Source: Candidatus Daviesbacteria bacterium
GTDB lineage: Bacteria > Patescibacteriota > Microgenomatia > Daviesbacterales > UBA10151
DNA: 64,000 bases
Assembly (NCBI GenBank): GCA_028687915.1
Contig: JAQTZF010000001.1
Coordinates: 101,969-165,968, forward strand
Direction of reading: 5' to 3'
In this document: piece by piece, positions 47,021-56,171 of the stretch
How the letters are laid out: every line of letters begins with the position of its first letter
Position numbering within the stretch: position 1 is the first letter of the stretch
The notes under the pieces: generated by a model
Told to the model about the DNA's origin: nothing
Seen by the model: only the letters and a program-made list of their open reading frames with translations
Database searches by the model: none
Program-made: the position numbers and the translations under genes

Positions 47021-47473
47021 ATGGCTAATTTAAGCTCAAAACAAAAAGTTATTGGTGTTATTGCTATCATAGGCACAATATTAATATTAATCTTCCAGTC
47101 TGGGTTTTACAGTAAACCTGCTGCAAAAAGAGAGGAAATAAATAACCCTGCTACTCAAAACCCAGAAGTAGTTTCTACATCTCCCAACCCCTTGGAAAAA
47201 GCAATTATTTGGGGAACCACACCAATCGAAATTACTTTTAATCTTTCTGTCCAGAATATTCCTGAACTAAAATATACATTTGAGCCAGAATCAGATATAA
47301 AAGCAGAGCTTCTAAACGACCGTAAAACTGTAAGATTTACACCAAATAAGCCTTTACCGCTGGGTGCTGACTATACCTTAACTATTCCAGCAGGCGCTAA
47401 GTTTGATGATGATAAAACTCTGGGTAAGGATTATAAAGTTCATTTTAGAACCATAGAGTATAGGGGTGTTTAA
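47021..47473 (+). CDS. Membrane-anchored Ig-like domain protein, a paralog of the previous gene.
   Basis: TM helix plus VVSTSPNPLEKAIIWGTTPIEITFNLSV...ADYTLTIPAG. Confidence 0.45.
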   Translation: MANLSSKQKVIGVIAIIGTILILIFQSGFYSKPAAKREEINNPATQNPEVVSTSPNPLEKAIIWGTTPIEITFNLSVQNIPELKYTFEPESDIKAELLNDRKTVRFTPNKPLPLGADYTLTIPAGAKFDDDKTLGKDYKVHFRTIEYRGV

Positions 47474-48570
47474 GATAAATTAACAGGCATTACGATATAT
47501 TCCAAACCCTCTTCTCCAACTGGCTTAAAAATAGCAGCAGAAAGAAGTCCTGATAATTCTATGATCACCTGGGATGAATTAAAGGCAGATAAACTATCTT
47601 GTAAATATTTAGTACTAAAGGAAATCTGAAGGTCTTCCCCTTCTACTTCTGCATCAATTTCTTTTTTCTGATTACCTAATTCTTTTGTTTCTGAGGTTAA
47701 CACTAGTTTTGATTTCAAATTTTGTAGTTTTACAGTATTAGCTTCACCTCTGGCAAACACAGAAGCCAGTTTAACCGCTTTTAGCAGCTCACTCCTACTT
47801 GTGATAATTCTTGCTTTGATCTCAGTTGGAACAATTTTTTCCCAGGCGGGAAACGACCCTTCGATTAATCGGGAAGAAATTTGTGTATTACCAAAAGAAA
47901 AAATGACCTGATTTTGATCCTCTGAAACAGCAATTTGAATACTATCTGCTTCGTCCTCGCTAATAAGCCTCACTACTTCTTCAAATGTGCGTCTGGGCAC
48001 CAATGCCTTAAAAGATGAGTCGCTTTCTGTCTCCACGCTTTTATGAGCCAAACGATAACCATCAGTTGCCACAAGCTGTAATTTTTTGTGGTTAATCTCA
48101 GTTAAAATACCTGTTAAGACTGGTCTACCATCATCAGCCGCGGCTGAAAAAACAATCTCAGGCAGAGCTTTAATTAATATTTTAGGATCTAATAAAGCAG
48201 CTTGTTTTCCTGATAAAGGAATATTTGGAAACTCTGTGGCGCTAATACCATTTAAAGTGGAGGAAAAAGTTGGGGTGGTTATTTCGATAGCTTCATCGCT
48301 GGCATTTATTTCAATCTTTTCACCAGAAAGGTTTGCAATTACATCAACCAACATCTTTGCGGGAATAGTTACTGCTCCTTCTTCTACCACATCTGCTTTC
48401 ACAGATTTCACAACACCTATTTCCAGGTTGGTAGCTGATATTTTTATTCTATCTGTTTGTGCTTCTATTAAAACATTACCTAAAACAGGTAATTGAGATC
48501 TAATACCTGCAGAACGAGAGACAGAAGAAAGTATTGGTATTAAATCCTGCTGTAAAATTGTAAATTTCAT
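47470..48570 (-). CDS. dnaN: DNA polymerase III beta sliding clamp.
   Basis: MKFTILQQDLIPILSSVSRSAGIRSQLPVLGNVLIEAQTDRIKISATNLEIGV..., 366 aa with a three-domain clamp pattern, downstream of dnaA. Confidence 0.85.
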   Translation of the reverse strand: MKFTILQQDLIPILSSVSRSAGIRSQLPVLGNVLIEAQTDRIKISATNLEIGVVKSVKADVVEEGAVTIPAKMLVDVIANLSGEKIEINASDEAIEITTPTFSSTLNGISATEFPNIPLSGKQAALLDPKILIKALPEIVFSAAADDGRPVLTGILTEINHKKLQLVATDGYRLAHKSVETESDSSFKALVPRRTFEEVVRLISEDEADSIQIAVSEDQNQVIFSFGNTQISSRLIEGSFPAWEKIVPTEIKARIITSRSELLKAVKLASVFARGEANTVKLQNLKSKLVLTSETKELGNQKKEIDAEVEGEDLQISFSTKYLQDSLSAFNSSQVIIELSGLLSAAIFKPVGEEGLEYIVMPVNLS

Positions 48571-48577
48571 ATACTAA

Positions 48578-49030
48578 TTACTCTTCCTGGGCAGAAATGT
48601 ACTTGTGGGCATCCTCATCAGAGATCTTAATCAAGCGAAAATGCACCCGCCCAGTAACTACTAGGTTTTTAATGTGTTTCTCTTCTTCTGTCAAGGTAGC
48701 AAAGTTACCATTTTTAACTTCAATAAAATCAATTCGTTCATTATTCTTTATTCCAACAAAATCTATTGGAGATCCGAGGGGAATAATTCGATCGTAATCA
48801 TAGCGCAACTGCGCATAAGCTAGTAACTCTGCCACTTTACCTTTTTGAGGATTAATTGATCCTTGTATGGTTTGTAATACTTTGGTTGGTAAATCTGCTG
48901 CTTGTTTATAAAGGGTGATTAAATCTGTTGGGATTTCTTGTGGTTTTTGTTTTGCATGAAGTCTTCCAAATAAATAAGTAATTACCAGTACGAGTATTCC
49001 TATTAGAATGTATATGTAATTTATATCCAT
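48578..49030 (-). CDS. Membrane-anchored PD-(D/E)xK nuclease-fold protein (Mrr-cat-like restriction-endonuclease-like).
   Basis: N-terminal TM helix, then ...PIDFVGIKNNERIDFIEVKNG..., which matches the D...(E/D)xK catalytic signature of Mrr_cat-type nucleases. Confidence 0.4.
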   Translation of the reverse strand: MDINYIYILIGILVLVITYLFGRLHAKQKPQEIPTDLITLYKQAADLPTKVLQTIQGSINPQKGKVAELLAYAQLRYDYDRIIPLGSPIDFVGIKNNERIDFIEVKNGNFATLTEEEKHIKNLVVTGRVHFRLIKISDEDAHKYISAQEE

Positions 49031-49089
49031 AATTTATACCAAATCTTTTGGTTCAAACTATTTAACGAGTCCTTTATGGTGGACGAGTT

Positions 49090-49368
49090 AAATTAGTTTA
49101 TCCACTTACAAAGCAGTCCTAGTTCTTTCTTTATTTATACAGCAGTAGTATTACTAGGGTCTGTTAAGATGTGTATTAACAGCCATAACTTAGGCGTAAA
49201 TAGCTTGGGGATAACAGAAAAACCCCTCTTCTGCCACAGTCTCAGTCTTTTTATCTACTGTTTACACTGAAGCTTTCGCCTACTCTTCGTGTGTAAAAAG
49301 TATATCATATATGTGGATAAAGTGGTGGATAACTTTAGTTAGTTTGGGGATAACTCTGTTGATAAATA
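49090..49368. promoter_or_regulatory. DnaA-box cluster (candidate oriC module) between dnaA and dnaN.
   Basis: TTATCCACT at 49097-49105; TGTGGATAA, a perfect reverse complement of TTATCCACA, at 49311-49319; GGTGGATAA at 49323-49331; TGGGGATAA at 49206-49214 and 49343-49351. Confidence 0.6.
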
Positions 49369-50700
49369 TTAAGCAGTCAGTGCTTGTTTTAGCTCAATTA
49401 AAACTCTTTGTATCTCTCTGTCTGTGCCAGAAGCTGTTCTGATTTTATCCACACCATGCAGGATAGTTGTGTGATCCCTTCCTCCAAGTAAATCCCCAAT
49501 CCTTTCATAAGGGATCTTACATTCCTCATATAAAAGATACATGGCTAATTGTCGTGGTAAAACCAACTCTTTTTTTCGTCTGGGACCAGTGATGTCTGCC
49601 ATTTTGGTGTTAAAGTAACGATTTATTTCAGAAAAAACCTTTTTATGGTCCAGCTTAATACTTGAGGGTTGAGGTTTGCCCAGATAATTTCTGATAAAGG
49701 CGGGGTTTAATTCTTGGTTGCTAAGCTTAGCAATCTGAATTATCTGCATTAGTTTTCCTTCTAACTCTCTGGCATTTGTTTCCACAAGCTCAGCAATTAA
49801 GATAATGCATTCTTCCGGAACAATATCTCCTTTTTCCCGACACCTGGCTTTAATAATTGCTATTCTGGTATCAAAATCTGGAAGTTGAATATCCACCATT
49901 AAACCTCCCTGAAAACGGGAGGCCAGCCTTCCTTCTAATTTTTGGATTTCATTAGGTGGTCTGTCTGAAGTTAAAATTATTTGAGCATTTTTGGCTTGAA
50001 GCTCATTAAATGTATGGAAGAATTCTTCCTGGGTAGAATCTCTGCCAGAAATAAACTGCACGTCATCAATTAAAAGTAATCCACAATTACGGTATTTAGC
50101 CCTAAAATCACCTGTTCTTTTAGTTTGAATACTTTGGATAAAGTCATTCATGAACTTTTCTGAGGAACAATAGATAATTTTTAGGTGTGGGTTCTTTTGA
50201 ATTAAGGCATTTCCCACAGCATGCATTAAATGAGTCTTCCCTACTCCTGTTCCACCATAGATAAATAAAGGGTTGTATGAAGTTCCAGGATTATTAATTA
50301 CTGCTTGTGCTGCTGCATAAGCTAGATTATTAGATAAGCCAACCATAAAGTTTTCAATTGAATATTTAGGATTTAGGCCGGTTTGTGATACATCGGGCGC
50401 TCTGACTTCAAAATCTAGCTCCAGGTCTGGTTCTGAGCTTATCCCTCCTTTTGTGTCTAATGAGGAATCAACCCTTAATTCAATGTGTAGGCTTTTACCA
50501 AAGGACTCCTCCACTGCTTTGGCCAGGTCGTCAATATATTTAGTGGAAAGCTGTTGCTTAATAAATCCTGAGGGGACATTGATAACAATATTTTCTTCAT
50601 CCACGCTCTCGAGCGCTGTTTTAGAAAACCATGTTTTATAGTTTGCCAAAGTGACTTGGTTTTTTAAAATCTTTAGAGTTTTAGACCATTGTTTTTCCAT
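49369..50700 (-). CDS. dnaA: Chromosomal replication initiator DnaA.
   Basis: AAA+ Walker A GGTGVGKTHLMHAVGN, Walker B LLLIDDVQF, sensor motifs, and a C-terminal DNA-binding domain (...LPRQLAMYLLYEECKIPYERIGDLLGGRDHTTILHG). Start taken at MEKQWSK (ATG 50698-50700). Confidence 0.9.
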   Translation of the reverse strand: MEKQWSKTLKILKNQVTLANYKTWFSKTALESVDEENIVINVPSGFIKQQLSTKYIDDLAKAVEESFGKSLHIELRVDSSLDTKGGISSEPDLELDFEVRAPDVSQTGLNPKYSIENFMVGLSNNLAYAAAQAVINNPGTSYNPLFIYGGTGVGKTHLMHAVGNALIQKNPHLKIIYCSSEKFMNDFIQSIQTKRTGDFRAKYRNCGLLLIDDVQFISGRDSTQEEFFHTFNELQAKNAQIILTSDRPPNEIQKLEGRLASRFQGGLMVDIQLPDFDTRIAIIKARCREKGDIVPEECIILIAELVETNARELEGKLMQIIQIAKLSNQELNPAFIRNYLGKPQPSSIKLDHKKVFSEINRYFNTKMADITGPRRKKELVLPRQLAMYLLYEECKIPYERIGDLLGGRDHTTILHGVDKIRTASGTDREIQRVLIELKQALTA

Positions 50701-50859
50701 AAGGTGTAAAGGGTAGGTTGAGGCAAGACCCAAACTTGATGGGGCTATCATAATGAAAAAGTTATCCACAGAAAAGATACCTAAACAGTGACGCACTATA
50801 TCAACTTTGTTTTCATTTAAAAATTGAAATTTATGAAATTAAATGTCATTATTTATTAA
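50701..50859. promoter_or_regulatory. dnaA upstream region with a perfect DnaA box and an AT-rich putative DNA-unwinding element.
   Basis: TTATCCACA at 50762-50770, followed by about 60 nt of more than 85% A+T (catttaaaaattgaaatttatgaaattaaatgtcattatttattaaatgaatatttt). Confidence 0.45.
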
Positions 50860-51714
50860 ATGAATATTTTAAGTAGAACTAAGGGGAAGGTTATCATTAT
50901 TGTTTTAGGGATTGTATTTATTGCTGCTGCAATAGTTTATAAAGGTTCTGGTGCGAATACCTCAACTAGTAATTTAATGTCTCTTTCCACTTTTATGTTT
51001 GGTATTTTTGTAGCGTTTGCTATTGCCAATGCTCATGGAAAGATTAGAAAAATAAACGAAGCTATTAATGATGAGGAAGGTAATACGCTTTTTATCTATA
51101 AATCTTTAAGTCTATGGGGCGAGGAGGTGGAACAGCAGGCTCAGTCTTTAATTGATGATTACTTAATTGACCAGATAGATTATTATCTCTGGGACTATAA
51201 ATATTCAAGTAAATCTTTTATGAGGCTGTTTGATTTCATTGTTCAACTTGATTGTAAAAACGAAGCTCAAAAGATTCTTTATGGGAATATGATTAACGCC
51301 TTATCAGACTCTCTAAAAAAAAGAAAGCAAGTAGAATCACTGGTGAATGAAAGGATGATGCCGGTAGAATGGCTTAGTGTTCTTTCGCTGCTTTTGGTTG
51401 ATATTATTTATGTATTTAATATGAATGATGGAAGTCTTATAAATATTGCGGCGACAATATTATTATCAGTTACCGCAATTGTTTTTATAGTCATTTTAAG
51501 AGATTTGGATGCCTTGAGTTGGAAAGAATCAACATGGATTTGGGAGCCTTTAGATAATTTATTTAAAGAGATTGGCCTTTTACCTTACTACCCAGACGAC
51601 GTGATTAAAGCGGGTAAAATAAAACCTACAACAAAAGAAAAAATAAGACTGGCAACATATCCAAACAGGTATCCTGATATGAGCGGAAAAATTGTTTCTG
51701 AGATTGAAATTTAA
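50860..51714 (+). CDS. Membrane protein, 284 aa.
   Basis: Three or four TM helices. No motif recognised. Confidence 0.4.
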   Translation: MNILSRTKGKVIIIVLGIVFIAAAIVYKGSGANTSTSNLMSLSTFMFGIFVAFAIANAHGKIRKINEAINDEEGNTLFIYKSLSLWGEEVEQQAQSLIDDYLIDQIDYYLWDYKYSSKSFMRLFDFIVQLDCKNEAQKILYGNMINALSDSLKKRKQVESLVNERMMPVEWLSVLSLLLVDIIYVFNMNDGSLINIAATILLSVTAIVFIVILRDLDALSWKESTWIWEPLDNLFKEIGLLPYYPDDVIKAGKIKPTTKEKIRLATYPNRYPDMSGKIVSEIEI

Positions 51715-51800
51715 GAAATAGTTTTAATTACTGGGTCCATTAATCTCCTCCTCCTTCTGTTAGCTTGCAAAGTGAAGCAAAAATTAGTAAACTACCCTAT

Positions 51801-51938
51801 ATGCCAAAGCGCACATATCAACCTAAAAAAGTTAAAAGAGCCAGAAAACATGGATTCCTTTCCCGGATGGCAGATAATGATGGTCAAAAAGTTTTAAAAA
51901 GAAGAAGAGCTAAAGGTAGAGTAAAGCTTTCTGTCTAA
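51801..51938 (+). CDS. rpmH: 50S ribosomal protein L34; under 60 aa, so not in the ORF track.
   Basis: Translation [45 protein letters not shown], the canonical L34 sequence, immediately upstream of rnpA. Confidence 0.85.
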   Translation: MPKRTYQPKKVKRARKHGFLSRMADNDGQKVLKRRRAKGRVKLSV

Positions 51939-52279
51939 TGCTATCTCGCGACAAAAGACTAAATTTAAAAATCTCATTCAGTTTTGTTATTAAAGGACAA
52001 AAGACAGAGAATTCTTTCTATAAGATTTTTTTTAGACAAGGAGATGTTGTTCAACCAAAAGTTGGCATTGCCTTAAAAAAAGAATATTTCAAATTAGCAG
52101 TTGATAGAAACAGAGCCAGAAGGTTAACATCAAAGGCTATGGAAAGCTTGTACCCTCTCTTAAAAGAAAAGACTAATTTAATTTTAATGCCTAAGGCAGA
52201 GATTTTGAAGCAAAGTTCAGAGGAATTGACAGAGTTTTTGAAAAAAGAACTGAAGAGAATTGACCTAATTTCTAATTGA
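51938..52279 (+). CDS. rnpA: Ribonuclease P protein component.
   Basis: A 113-aa basic protein directly after rpmH (TAATG overlap). It carries the RNR-like motif RNRARR and follows the conserved rpmH-rnpA-yidD-yidC synteny. Confidence 0.75.
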   Translation: MLSRDKRLNLKISFSFVIKGQKTENSFYKIFFRQGDVVQPKVGIALKKEYFKLAVDRNRARRLTSKAMESLYPLLKEKTNLILMPKAEILKQSSEELTEFLKKELKRIDLISN

Positions 52280-52346
52280 CCTAATTTCTAAACTTAGTAA
52301 TTGGAACTTATTTAGGTTAATTAGAGTACTTAGAAAATTAGAAATT

Positions 52347-52547
52347 ATGAAGACCATTATTTTATTACTGATTGATTTTTATCGTAAGTTTCTGTCTTTT
52401 GATACTGGCTTGTTTTCTTTTTTGGCTCCAGGTGGTGCTTGCAGACAAACACCAACATGCTCTTTGTACACTAGGCAAGCGATTATAAAGTATGGTTTAA
52501 TAAAAGGGCTTCTAAAGGGAGGGAAAAGAATAATAACATGCAGATAA
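52347..52547 (+). CDS. yidD: Membrane protein insertion efficiency factor YidD.
   Basis: The CRQTPTCSLYTRQAIIKYG motif (C-x-P-x-C-S-x-Y) typical of YidD, in a 66-aa protein. Confidence 0.8.
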   Translation: MKTIILLLIDFYRKFLSFDTGLFSFLAPGGACRQTPTCSLYTRQAIIKYGLIKGLLKGGKRIITCR

Positions 52548-53386
52548 TTGGTGACATTTTTAATACAGTGCTTTTTGCTCCCATCCTAAATTTATTAGTA
52601 GCTATTCTTAAAGGTGCTGAATTTATACATTTACCAGGAGCCTTAGGTTTATCCATTATCCTTTTGACTGTCCTAATTCGTTTATTGGTATGGCCTTTTA
52701 TGCAGACTCAGCTTAAATCAGCCAGAAAAATGGCAGAATTAAAACCACACCTTGATTTTTTAAAAACTAAGCATAAAGGAGATAAACAAGCGTTGGCTTC
52801 AGCTCAGATGGCTCTTTATAAAGAGCATGGAATTAACCCGGCTGGTGGTTGTATTCCCGCTCTTATTCAGATCCCAATTATTATTGCTCTTTATCAAACG
52901 ATTCTGGCTTTTTTTAATACTTCTGGTTTAGAAAATATTAACAAGGCATTATATGTTAAGGACTGGCATTTTTTAACACCTCCAAATTTGGATTTTTTTG
53001 GCTTGAATTTAGCAACTAAACCTTCAGATTTTGGTCAATATGGAATTCTTCTCCTTTTGATACCTGTTGTTACAGGGGCTTTGCAGCTTATTCAGTCTAA
53101 AATGATGGCACCTGAGAAGCCAATTAAGGAATACCCTTCTGATTCTCCAAAAGAAAAGAAAGAAAAAGAAAGTACAGAAGATTCTATGGCTATGATGCAA
53201 TCACAAATGATGTTCATGATGCCTTTAATGGTAGGTTATTTTGCCTTCTCTTTTCCGATTGGGCTGGCTTTATACTGGAATACCTTTACTGTTCTGGGGA
53301 TTATTCAACAATATAAAATCTCTGGTTGGGGTGGTTTAAAAGATTGGATTAAGTATATTAAAAGTAAAACTAATTTAAACTCATGA
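52538..53386 (+). CDS. yidC: Membrane protein insertase YidC (short Gram-positive type).
   Basis: LIRLLVWPFMQTQLKSARKMAELKP, QMALYKEHGINPAGGCIPALIQIPI, and the C-terminal GLALYW, all conserved YidC/Oxa1 segments. Confidence 0.8.
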   Translation: MQIIGDIFNTVLFAPILNLLVAILKGAEFIHLPGALGLSIILLTVLIRLLVWPFMQTQLKSARKMAELKPHLDFLKTKHKGDKQALASAQMALYKEHGINPAGGCIPALIQIPIIIALYQTILAFFNTSGLENINKALYVKDWHFLTPPNLDFFGLNLATKPSDFGQYGILLLLIPVVTGALQLIQSKMMAPEKPIKEYPSDSPKEKKEKESTEDSMAMMQSQMMFMMPLMVGYFAFSFPIGLALYWNTFTVLGIIQQYKISGWGGLKDWIKYIKSKTNLNS

Positions 53387-53784
53387 TAATCTGGGATAAA
53401 GATTTTAGTGTTGGTATTAAAGAAATTGATGAACAACATCAGAAGCTTTTTGAAATTATAAATAGATTAGACGACTCGACAAACGCTCCAACCAATACAG
53501 AAAAGATATCTGAGATTATTAAAGAACTGCTGGATTATTCTGTTTACCATTTTTCAACTGAAGAAAAGTATTTTAAGGAATTTAATTATGAGCATACTGA
53601 AGCGCATATTAAATCACATAATCTATACAAAGAAAAAGTAGATCAGTTTATTATTGATTTTAAGGAAAAAGACGGAAATTTACCTTTTGAGATTATTAAT
53701 TTTTTAAGTAATTGGTGGACAGCACATGTTAATGGTCAGGACAAGCTTTATGTTAAGTGTTTCCATGAGCATGGGTTATATTAA
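53383..53784 (+). CDS. Hemerythrin-like (bacteriohemerythrin) domain protein.
   Basis: MIIWDKDFSVGIKEIDEQHQKLF... with spaced His/Glu/Asp ligands (H..E...H, H....D). Confidence 0.55.
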   Translation: MIIWDKDFSVGIKEIDEQHQKLFEIINRLDDSTNAPTNTEKISEIIKELLDYSVYHFSTEEKYFKEFNYEHTEAHIKSHNLYKEKVDQFIIDFKEKDGNLPFEIINFLSNWWTAHVNGQDKLYVKCFHEHGLY

Positions 53785-53838
53785 CCTTCTCTATTTCCCG
53801 ATTGACTGATCCTGAATCTTCTTATATACTTACCTCCT

Positions 53839-54327
53839 ATGGAAGCAAAAGTTTCAGAAATTTTAGAAAATATATTAGGAATGCTTGGACTTGAAGGCAG
53901 CTTTGAAGTAAACGAAGGCCCGGAAGAAGTTAAAGTTACAATTGAAGCCTCAGATCCTGGCAGACTGATTGGTTTCGGTGGAGAAACCTTAGATGCCTTA
54001 CAACTCATTGTGAATCAAATCGTTGGCAAACAAGCTTCAGATAAAGAACCATATAAAAGAGTCAGCATTGATGTTGCTGGTTGGAGACAAAACAAAGAAG
54101 CAGATTTAGAGCGAAGAGCCAGAAACTGGATGAATGAAGTTCTTGAAAGCCAGGAAGATATGGAGCTTGAACCAATGCCATCCTGGCAAAGAAGAGTAGT
54201 TCATATGATTGCTTCTGAAACAGAAGGGGTTGAATCAGAGAGTATTGGCGAAGGAAGAGACAGGCACTTAATTATTAAAGCAGTTAAGGCAGAAAAATCA
54301 GCCACTAAAAAAGAAGAGCTTGAGTAG
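53839..54327 (+). CDS. jag: Jag/KhpB-type RNA-binding protein (KH plus R3H).
   Basis: Position after yidC; KH-like GRLIGFGGETLDALQ and an R3H-like C-terminal region. Confidence 0.7.
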   Translation: MEAKVSEILENILGMLGLEGSFEVNEGPEEVKVTIEASDPGRLIGFGGETLDALQLIVNQIVGKQASDKEPYKRVSIDVAGWRQNKEADLERRARNWMNEVLESQEDMELEPMPSWQRRVVHMIASETEGVESESIGEGRDRHLIIKAVKAEKSATKKEELE

Positions 54328-54354
54328 ATTCTTCATCTGCTGTAGACTAATTTA

Positions 54355-55641
54355 GTGATTAATTTATTACAAGACTCACCCAAAGTTTTAATTAGCGATT
54401 TCCGCAAAGTTTCATCACAAACTATCTGGCAAATTATCAGTAAAGTTGCCACTTCCCTTTCTACTTTTATAATTCTTGGTTTGGTTAGCCGAACCTTTGG
54501 TCAAACCGGAACAGGTGCTTTTACCCTGGCTTTGACTTATTTAGGATTCTTTTATTTAGCAACAGATCTGGGTTTAAACGCTTTCTTTCTTCCCCGATTA
54601 AGTATTAATAAAGAAGAATTAAATTCATTATTTAATGCAAGGCTTATAATGTCATTTGCTCTTATTCTTCTTGCAAACATAGGGACCTTTTTTTTACCAT
54701 TTGCAGATAATAATTTTAAGCTATTGGTTTTAATTGGTTCACTGACGATTACCTTTAATAGCTTGCTATCTTCATTTAATCTAATTTTTCAAAATCAGCT
54801 GAAATATGAATATTCTATGGCAGCTACTTCTTTAGGGGCTTTTTTTAATGTTGTGGTAGTGGCTTTTCTTTGTACTATTCATACTCCCCTTTATTTACTG
54901 GCACTGGGAACTTTATTTTCTACCCTGGTTACCGCTATTACTTCTTATAGCTTAGTATCTAGTTTTTATAAATTTTCCTTTAATTTTTCTCAATCTAACT
55001 TTATAATTAATACTCTCAAAAGTGCGTGGCCCATGATGCTGACCTTGGGATTAAATACGGTTTATTTTAGAGTAGATACTTTTATTTTATCCTCACATTA
55101 TTCTATGGCTGTAGTAGGTACATATAATTTAGCCTATCAAATCTTTCAGAGTATGCTCGTTGTCCCCACCTTTATTATGAATAGCTTTTACCCCATTCTA
55201 ATTGCTGATCAAAGAACTAGGGTTGGCCTTTTTGTGAGAAAGGTATTATTTTCCTCGATTGTTTTATTGTCTATTTCAATTATAGCCTTGGTGCTCACCT
55301 GGATTTTTTCTCCCTTAATTATTAAGCTAATTACAGGCAGTGATTTTGGTGGTTCATCTGTTGCCTTAAACATCCTTTCACTTGGTTTACCCGCTTTTTT
55401 TGTGACCTCATTATTGATGATGGTGCTGATTATTTTTGGTAAATATAAACCGTTAGCTGCTGTTTATGCAGTTGGCTTATTAGTAAATGTGATACTAAAT
55501 TTAGTGTGGATTCCTCAATTTTCTTTTATTGCTGCTTCCTGGGTAACTGTAGTATCTGAGTATCTAATTTTAATTTTACAGTTATTAATTGTATTACCAC
55601 TGCTTAGAGAACAAAATCAAATTGAAGAGAATAATATTTAG
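54355..55641 (+). CDS. MOP-superfamily polysaccharide/lipid-II flippase-like membrane protein (Wzx/MurJ-like).
   Basis: 428 aa with about 12 TM helices. The N-terminal pattern ...KVATSLSTFIILGLVSRTFGQTGTGAFTLALTY... is typical of the polysaccharide biosynthesis protein family. Confidence 0.5.
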   Translation: MINLLQDSPKVLISDFRKVSSQTIWQIISKVATSLSTFIILGLVSRTFGQTGTGAFTLALTYLGFFYLATDLGLNAFFLPRLSINKEELNSLFNARLIMSFALILLANIGTFFLPFADNNFKLLVLIGSLTITFNSLLSSFNLIFQNQLKYEYSMAATSLGAFFNVVVVAFLCTIHTPLYLLALGTLFSTLVTAITSYSLVSSFYKFSFNFSQSNFIINTLKSAWPMMLTLGLNTVYFRVDTFILSSHYSMAVVGTYNLAYQIFQSMLVVPTFIMNSFYPILIADQRTRVGLFVRKVLFSSIVLLSISIIALVLTWIFSPLIIKLITGSDFGGSSVALNILSLGLPAFFVTSLLMMVLIIFGKYKPLAAVYAVGLLVNVILNLVWIPQFSFIAASWVTVVSEYLILILQLLIVLPLLREQNQIEENNI

Positions 55642-55673
55642 TCCTCTGATAAATACGTGATATACTTTCAAAG

Positions 55674-56093
55674 ATGAAATACATTATATATACCGATGGC
55701 GGCTCAAGAGGTAACCCAGGTCCTGCTGCTGCTGCTTTTATTGTTAAGTCAGAAGGTGGAGAGGTGCTGGCAGAAAAAGGGGCATTCTTAGGAGTAGCTA
55801 CTAATAACGAAGCAGAGTATGCTGCTGTGATAAAGGCGCTGGAGTTAATGGTACTAGATTACAAGGATCTAAAGTCAGCGGAGATAGAAGTCCGGGCAGA
55901 TTCCAAGCTGGTAGTTGAGCAGCTAAGTGGAAATTGGAAAATTAAGAATGAGCGGATTAGGGTGCTGTGTAATCAGGTTAAGCAACTAGAGTCAAATTTA
56001 GGTAAAATAGAGTATAAATACATACCACGTGACCTCAATCATGAAGCAGATTTAATTGTAAATATTACCCTAGATAATCAAAAAGTTTTTTAA
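55674..56093 (+). CDS. rnhA: Ribonuclease HI.
   Basis: IYTDGGSRGNPGPAAAAF...TNNEAEYAAVIKALE...D carry the D-E-D-D catalytic residues in canonical RNase H spacing. Confidence 0.85.
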   Translation: MKYIIYTDGGSRGNPGPAAAAFIVKSEGGEVLAEKGAFLGVATNNEAEYAAVIKALELMVLDYKDLKSAEIEVRADSKLVVEQLSGNWKIKNERIRVLCNQVKQLESNLGKIEYKYIPRDLNHEADLIVNITLDNQKVF

Positions 56094-56171
56094 CTAAATT
56101 TTATTTCCCGTGATCTTCTTCTATACGTTTGATCTCTCTTGAAATAGACGTGTTGAAAAGGGTACGATTAC

